Below are positions 1-4,664 of a stretch of 4,664 nucleotides of DNA, one piece after another; position 1 is the stretch's first letter; each line of letters begins with the position of its first letter. The stretch lies in assembly GCA_000004985.1 (NCBI GenBank), contig GG739177.1, one strand, 5' to 3'. A program made the translations under genes and the position numbers. Source of the stretch: Naegleria gruberi. Taxonomy: Eukaryota. The notes under the pieces were generated by a model. That model was not told the origin of the DNA. It did no database searches and was given only the letters and a program-made list of their open reading frames with translations.

Positions 1-782
1 ACATAGGTATAATTTCTAATGGCCAAAATATATATCGGGAGCCACCATAAACCCATTTCAAGTGATCTTTCATTTGAGGGAACACTTGCTAACTTTCCAA
101 TTGTAAACTGTACAATTACACTGAATAATATACACGATAAATGTGTTATTCTTGAGGTGTTAGCTCTTTCAACAGCACGTCCCCGAGATTCAATGGCCTT
201 AATTATACCAATGGGGTCTCTTCTTGACCATTTCAAACAATCAACAAGCTTCTGCTCTGAATCTACCTGCTGTTTCATTTCAGATATCACTCCCAGATAC
301 TTTTCTGGTTGCCTAATCCCAGTTGTACTCTTTTTACTTAATGTTTTAGATCTGGGTCCAAACACTCTCTTAGTAAACTCCTTCAAAACTGCAAAACCAT
401 TTTTCAGTGGATTTTCCCAAAATTTACCAAATAAATATCCATTCATCAGCTTTGAGGTACTTCTGTCAAGTGGATCCAAAGGATCATAGGTAATTAATTG
501 GGGGAAGATGTTCGGATATGAATTTAATACTCTCTCCATTCGTTTGTTAATGTGGGAGAATTTAATGATGTCAATAGGATTGTTGGTGGAGAAGGTAACA
601 ATACAAAGTAACAATTCATCGGGAAGTTGATCAAGAGGTGCGGTGATAGGTTGTGATGTCATTTTTTTTGTAAACTTTTCAAATTTGTCACCATCACCAT
701 CATCAAATTCATCAAATAATTTTTGGAGACAACCTGTGAGTATTAAGATTGATTTATTTTTTACAAATTGTTCGTATTCCAT
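1..782 (-). CDS. F-box domain protein, 5' part of the gene; ATG at 782-780, reading frame still open at position 1 so the 3' end lies outside the window
   Basis: I reverse-complemented and translated 782..3 by hand: 260 sense codons, no stop. An in-frame TAA sits at 842-840 immediately upstream of the first ATG. The product begins MEYEQFVKNKSILILTGCLQKLFDEFDDGDGDKFEKFTKKMTSQPITAPLDQLPDELLLCIVTFSTNNPIDIIKFSHINKRMERVLNSYP... Residues ~49-88 (nt ~519-638) fit the F-box consensus L-x-x-LP-x-E-[IL]-L-x-x-I-[FL]...[VI]-x-K-R-[WM]-x-x-[LV]. The downstream ~170 aa matches no domain I recognise. The feature is not in the supplied ORF track. Confidence 0.7.
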   Translation of the reverse strand, partial: MEYEQFVKNKSILILTGCLQKLFDEFDDGDGDKFEKFTKKMTSQPITAPLDQLPDELLLCIVTFSTNNPIDIIKFSHINKRMERVLNSYPNIFPQLITYDPLDPLDRSTSKLMNGYLFGKFWENPLKNGFAVLKEFTKRVFGPRSKTLSKKSTTGIRQPEKYLGVISEMKQQVDSEQKLVDCLKWSRRDPIGIIKAIESRGRAVERANTSRITHLSCILFSVIVQFTIGKLASVPSNERSLEMGLWWLPIYILAIRNYTY

Positions 783-1368
783 TTCTATCAATGTTTGGTC
801 ATGAACTGAAAATTTGGCAAATAGACGTGTTGGTAATAGTTATCAAAAAAGTTATCAGCAGAACAAGAGATGTTTTCGGAGGAAAGTCCACCACTGTGGA
901 GAGCCATGATTCTTCAGAATGTTATTGTCCAAAAAGTTTAAAACAATTATCAGATGAAATATTTGAATTTCATGTTTTAAATGTGAAGATAGAGAACCTT
1001 GAATCATGTATTTGTGAGAAAATCAAGAGTGAGAAGGCTTCATCATCTAGAGAATATTCCAAACTACCTGTATAAAAGCTTTTTACAATTTTGTAAACTG
1101 CAGTTTCTTCAAATAAATCATCAAGTATCAGTTGACCACAGAGAAATTGTTGGAGGAGAAGAGAGTTTGAAAGAATTCAGAGTTTACTTTGTAAACATGA
1201 AGATTTTGTTGTAATTTTGTAAAAACAATTTGAAAATCAGAAAATTGTGGATGATCGAAAAGTGTTGAAGTGAAATTTGTAACGTAATAAATTGTAATTT
1301 CATTCCACTTTACATAAAGCCAACCTTAATTACAAACTTTTTCAGGTAAATTAGAAAGAACACTCAAA

Positions 1369-1764
1369 TCAGTAAAGAGTTGCTTCTTGTTGGAACTCCA
1401 AATCTAATAATTTCTTTGAAAAATCCTTCAAATACAGGAAAACCAAATACTGTTCACATGTTGATACAATGGAAAAGTAATTTTGAATGGAGAGCGTGAA
1501 ATTAATCTTACAATAATAATCGACTAAATATTTAATTTCATGTTTCATTGCCATGTCTAACAATCCAGAAATTTTTTCATTGTCGAATGAAATTCCATAA
1601 CAATATTTGATGATAATTTCCAATAATTCCAAATCTTCTGATTCATCTGGTGTGAAAATTCCATTATTAAAATCACTAAAGGATGATCCACTTTCCAATA
1701 GGTGGGTTTGGTACCTGTCATTATCTCTCTGGTTTGGGATCCGCACATGCTCAGATCTTATAAC
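1369..1764 (-). CDS. Terminal exon (or pseudogene fragment) encoding a BTB/POZ-like domain; stop codon at 1369-1371; no in-frame ATG near the 5' end, so the initiator must be in an upstream exon
   Basis: The frame is open from 1764 (in-frame TAA at 1767-1765) to the TGA at 1371-1369. The track's 'M' at 1746 is a GTG codon, not ATG. The translation ...RYQTHLLESGSSFSDFNNGIFTPDESEDLELLEIIIKYCYGISFDNEKISGLLDMAMKHEIKYLVDYYCKINFTL... aligns with the BTB consensus (..AHKxVLAAxSxYFxxMF.....[DE]..FxxLLxFIYTG......NVxxLLxAAxxLQIxxLxxxCxxFL). No upstream coding exon is found in 1768-2177 on the minus strand, which is AT-rich and full of stops. The next exon is therefore beyond or inside the gap, or the locus is a fragment. 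Confidence 0.5.
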   Translation of the reverse strand, partial: VIRSEHVRIPNQRDNDRYQTHLLESGSSFSDFNNGIFTPDESEDLELLEIIIKYCYGISFDNEKISGLLDMAMKHEIKYLVDYYCKINFTLSIQNYFSIVSTCEQYLVFLYLKDFSKKLLDLEFQQEATLY

Positions 1765-2177
1765 TTATCAATGTGATGTATAATAGTCTGATCTACATGT
1801 GGTAAAAACACGAAGGTGTAATATTCTATATTTATTGAGATAATCAATAAAGTTTAGTAATTGTCAGAAAAACTTGCCCTCTCGCCAAGAATTCATTTTG
1901 CCATATTTGGGATCTGGACTTTTATTGTCTGAAAACAGGCTAGACGTGTTCTATATTCAATAATCTATATGAAAAAAAGAAGAACTCTTGAATTGAGTAT
2001 ATAACGACTATTGATATTACTATATATGGTATTTGGATAATAACTTTCACAGAAATCACTCTTGAAATATAAAATGTACTAGAGTGTGTGAGAAACATAA
2101 TGGTTGTAAAACTGATCAATAACTCGTTGAAATGACTGGTATAGAATGTAAACTATAGTGACAAAGTCCTGTAATTG

Positions 2178-2227
2178 NNNNNNNNNNNNNNNNNNNNNNN
2201 NNNNNNNNNNNNNNNNNNNNNNNNNNN
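2178..2227. other. Assembly gap (run of 50 N)
   Basis: Exactly 50 consecutive N characters, the conventional placeholder for an unknown-size scaffold gap. Confidence 0.95.
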
Positions 2228-2833
2228 ATAATCAACTCGTTTTACCTCGATATTTCTGTGTTTTTTGTTCTCTTGGGCTTGCTAGATACGCAACCATTTG
2301 GCAAAAGGTGAAAAATCGCATAGGTTCAACTTAATTCTCTACAAAATGACGTTGGGACATTTGCATTTAATTCAGTAATTGTTGAGTATTTTGTATTTGA
2401 ATTGGTGTTAAACTTGTTAATTTTCTGTTGCTTAATAGCTGTGTTGAACATAATATTTATTAATATTATTTAGAAGGTGGAAGTGGTAATGCTTCTCACT
2501 CCACAAGTTATTTGCTTGTTGGCAGTGCTAATAGCCATGGATTTAAAGCCATTATTTTGATAATCGCATTAATCAACTCCATTTTTAACCCTTTAAAATA
2601 TTACGATTATCAAAATACAACGCCAAATTACTCTGCTTCCAACACTTTTCCGATGTATGAATCTATTTATCAAGATCATCAGGATAATCTTCAATGATAC
2701 TGAATTTAAGTAGATGGTGGAGGTACCATCTCTTGTTCATCAAGTTGAATCTTCCATCATTTGGTGAGGGAGCAACTTCTCCCTTTCATATTGTTTAATA
2801 AATTATTGTTATTATCATATAATGATACAATTC

Positions 2834-2862
2834 TTGTTGTTGTTTGTTGTTAATTGTTGTTC
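2834..2862. repeat. Imperfect (TTG)n / GTT-rich microsatellite
   Basis: cttgttgttgtttgttgttaattgttgtt is visible directly. Confidence 0.6.
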
Positions 2863-3279
2863 TTAATAGAAGCTGACAATTCCCCCTTAATGGTCATACA
2901 ACCACTGGGTTCTTCATATAAAGCATTTCTAGAAATTAAAGCTATAGCACTGTTGGTTCGGTGGTTGTATGTTGGAGCGTCAATTAAGGGACGAGTGATC
3001 GATTCAAGGTGATTTTACTAACTTATTCATTATTACCACCTTATTTTTTTAGATCTTCCTTAATACTTGACAATTTTAAAAGATATTGATACCACATATA
3101 TAATACTACATATAAACAACTCTATGTCAATTTCAATTGATTTAGCCAAGTATTCATTGATATAGAGTATGATCTGTGACATGATGTATTGACAACTTTA
3201 CAAATATTGATTTAAACAATATAGTTATTTAGAAGAGTCTTATTAATTTGTAATAAATATACTATTTTTCAATTTTCAA

Positions 3280-3610
3280 TTGTTGACTTGATGTACTTAA
3301 TTGACTTGTCTATTCTAAGGTACTTAGGTGACTTGAAGATACTGAGCCATCAATTTGAAACTTTCTCAGATTGTACTCCTCATCAAGAGGAGTGTATTCA
3401 TATTTGATACTAGTATGATATTTTGTAAACTGACTGAGATGGAGTGTAATCTCTTTTTTGAAATGTGATATTTTGAAAGATTGTTATTATTATCATATTG
3501 AATTCAATTCTAAAACTATGAAATTGATACCAGATGTAAAATAGTGTGACTAAACGTATTGGGTAAAGTTACAGAATGATTGGAATAACTTTCACTGAGA
3601 TGGAGTGTTC
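3280..3610. repeat. Degenerate local tandem/duplicated motifs (satellite-like intergenic DNA)
   Basis: Exact 15-mer actgagatggagtgt at 3433-3447 and 3594-3608, each preceded by [ag]tgatattttg (3417-3426, 3467-3477 approx.). ga[tg]ggagtgt[at] occurs x3 (3388-3397, 3438-3448, 3599-3609). tacttaattgacttg (3294-3308) matches tacttaggtgacttg (3320-3334). ttgacttg occurs x3. ttttcaattttcaattg is at 3266-3282. Confidence 0.5.
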
Positions 3611-3654
3611 ACTAGGATATATATAATGTTGATATCTGTTGAAGGGATTCACCG

Positions 3655-3673
3655 GCTTTTTTAACGGGATCCC
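3655..3673 (+). repeat. Left arm of a perfect 19-bp inverted repeat, gcttttttaacgggatccc
   Basis: Its exact reverse complement, gggatcccgttaaaaaagc, occurs at 4484-4502. The match does not extend by even 1 bp on either side. It contains a GGGATCCC 8-bp palindrome. Confidence 0.85.
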
Positions 3674-3705
3674 TCATAATTTGACAGGATCCTCCATTTT
3701 ACTTC

Positions 3706-3717
3706 CAAGCGCGCTTG
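3706..3717. repeat. Perfect 12-bp palindrome CAAGCGCGCTTG (GC-rich core in AT-rich DNA); possible dimeric protein-binding site
   Basis: The sequence reads identically on both strands. It lies 33 bp inside the left IR arm, next to two other 8-bp palindromes, GGGATCCC (3666-3673) and AGGATCCT (3687-3694). Confidence 0.4.
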
Positions 3718-4483
3718 AAAACCGTTACATTAAAAATTTAACAAATTCTAATTTACAGGTTAATTTCCACTCTTCAACAAACAACATCAACAAAAAAATA
3801 GGCAACGTGTTACGGGCAATACCACATCTCCTCTAGCAAGGTCCTTTCTCTTCATCATGCCCCACCACACTACCAGATAAGACTTGCAAGCAATACAGGA
3901 AGCTATCTTCCGTTCACATGGTTGTTGCCACTTCTGCTCTCATCACAGTTCTCTTTGAATGACCTGTTATGGTTCTCATGGAGGAGGAAGACATTCCCAT
4001 TGGTGAATATTGTGTTCCTGAACATACAACTACAACCAATATTGTTTTGGTTGTAGAAACAATAATAAAACTTAAATTTTTTAAATATTTGTTGTTGGAC
4101 TTTATTTGCTTATTTGGTACTCAGTCCGAAACAACCTTCCATTTCAGTTCCACTTCAACTGAGTTGAGTTTGAAAAATAGCTCAACTTTAACCCTGCATA
4201 TCTTTGTCCAGACAATAAATATCAACAAACCAATGATTGTGGTTATATTTCAAGATGTTTTGAGTACATATCTCGATATTTGGAGCTTGGCATATACTGG
4301 TTCTGGTTTTATTGGATTTTGAAATTTTCATATATGTTTTCACTCAATTGAGGTTTTCAATCGACCTACTACACATAAACTGCTGAAAACAATTCTGATG
4401 ATAGTTAACATACAGGCGCACACCATACAAGTTAAATTATGATGAATCACTAAGTAACTATTCTGTTGTGGGTCATCAAAGTT

Positions 4484-4502
4484 GGGATCCCGTTAAAAAA
4501 GC
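4484..4502 (-). repeat. Right arm of the 19-bp inverted repeat (partner of 3655-3673)
   Basis: gggatcccgttaaaaaagc is the exact reverse complement of 3655-3673. The arms are ~810 bp apart. Confidence 0.85.
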
Positions 4503-4664
4503 GGAGGGAGTTTGTGTATAGATATTGTGAACTGACTCTGTTGGATACCAAATCTATAAATATAACAAGACGAAAAGTGTCAACATTCAATTTCACATGC
4601 ATCTCACTTTAGAAAGTCATCATTATATCATCTAAATAGGTAGCACTTAAAGTGTCAGTGGAAT

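Larger units (their letters stand above)
3655..4502. mobile_element. Candidate small non-autonomous (MITE-like) element delimited by the 19-bp inverted repeats - speculative
   Basis: An ~848-bp segment is bounded by perfect 19-bp inverted repeats. The interior has no credible ORF and a GC-richer core (~3840-4000). However, no target-site duplication is visible: the flanks are ...caccg | ggagg.... I therefore could not establish the TIR/MITE interpretation. Confidence 0.2.

Noticed and set aside
19-489. Track ORF on the + strand (156 aa, MAKIYIGSHH...)
   Set aside because: It lies entirely antisense to the much longer minus-strand F-box reading frame (1-782), which has a recognisable domain. 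The + product is low-complexity with no recognisable motif and is a classic shadow ORF.
1070-1077. tataaaag on the + strand, a textbook TATA-box string
   Set aside because: There is no plus-strand gene downstream. Both supported genes are on the minus strand, and such strings are frequent by chance in AT-rich DNA.
749-1214. Track ORFs 749..1075 and 999..1214 on the + strand
   Set aside because: The first starts at a TTG codon, which is not an initiator in eukaryotes, and overlaps the F-box gene start in antisense. The products are Ile/Lys/Phe-rich low-complexity sequence typical of AT-rich non-coding DNA. Neither has a domain signature.
1557-1748. Track ORF on the minus strand (63 aa) overlapping the BTB exon
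   Set aside because: It is an alternative frame of the BTB-like exon with no domain signature. The BTB-like frame explains the region.
2937-3012. Possible tRNA or other small RNA in the locally GC-richer stretch gctatagcactgttggttcggtggttgtatgttggagcgtcaattaagggacgagtgatcgattcaaggtg
   Set aside because: I could not build a cloverleaf on either strand: there is no GTTCRANYC T-loop flanked by a 5-bp stem and no acceptor-stem complementarity. The ggttcgg and gattcaagg strings are only superficially T-loop-like.
2805-3498. Shared AT-only strings (attgttattat...catat at 2805-2820 and 3480-3498; aataactttcac at 2039-2050 and 3584-3595)
   Set aside because: Exact 12-mers composed almost entirely of A/T are expected several times by chance in 4.6 kb at this composition. 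They are not evidence of a dispersed repeat family on their own.
3639-4322. Track ORFs 3639..3836 and 3969..4322 on the + strand
   Set aside because: The first starts at TTG and spans the palindrome/IR region. The second is low-complexity (TTTN, SSTSTELSL). Neither has a motif, and the open frames in this region switch frame, so no coherent gene model emerges.
1-4664. Prokaryotic or giant-virus interpretation (F-box and BTB proteins are abundant in mimivirus-like genomes; the track uses GTG/TTG starts)
   Set aside because: Coding density is far too low for either: about 2.9 kb lacks credible ORFs. The BTB-like frame lacks an ATG and looks like a spliced exon. There is an N-gap typical of eukaryotic draft scaffolds, and microsatellite and satellite-like repeats are present. 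No Shine-Dalgarno or operon organisation is evident.

Overview
The window is AT-rich, eukaryote-like nuclear DNA from a draft assembly, with a 50-N scaffold gap at 2178-2227. I found two supportable protein-coding features, both on the minus strand. The first is a long open frame from an ATG at 782-780 (in-frame stop just upstream at 842-840) that runs off the window at position 1. It encodes about 260 aa with a canonical F-box motif (LDQLPDELLLCIVTF...IDIIKFSHINKRMERVL). It is absent from the supplied ORF track, probably because no stop lies in the window, and the track's 19..489 '+' ORF is its antisense shadow. The second is an exon-like open frame at 1369-1764 (stop at 1369-1371; no ATG, since the track's 'M' is a GTG). 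Its product matches the BTB/POZ fold signature (...HLLESGSSFSDF...LELLEIIIKYCYG...ISGLLDMAMKHEIKYLVDYYCKINF), so the 5' exon or exons must lie upstream, perhaps across the gap. Two neighbouring, co-oriented genes therefore both encode cullin-RING E3 substrate-adaptor domains (F-box for SCF/Cul1, BTB for Cul3). The rest of the window, about 1770-4664, is non-coding-looking. It contains degenerate tandem and short repeats, a (TTG)n microsatellite, a perfect 19-bp GC-containing inverted repeat pair (3655-3673 and 4484-4502) bracketing an ~848-bp segment, a cluster of short perfect palindromes including a 12-bp CAAGCGCGCTTG, and a small GC-richer island (~3840-4000). I could not support any rRNA, tRNA or CRISPR, and I see no prokaryotic-style operon. 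The organism cannot be determined from sequence alone.
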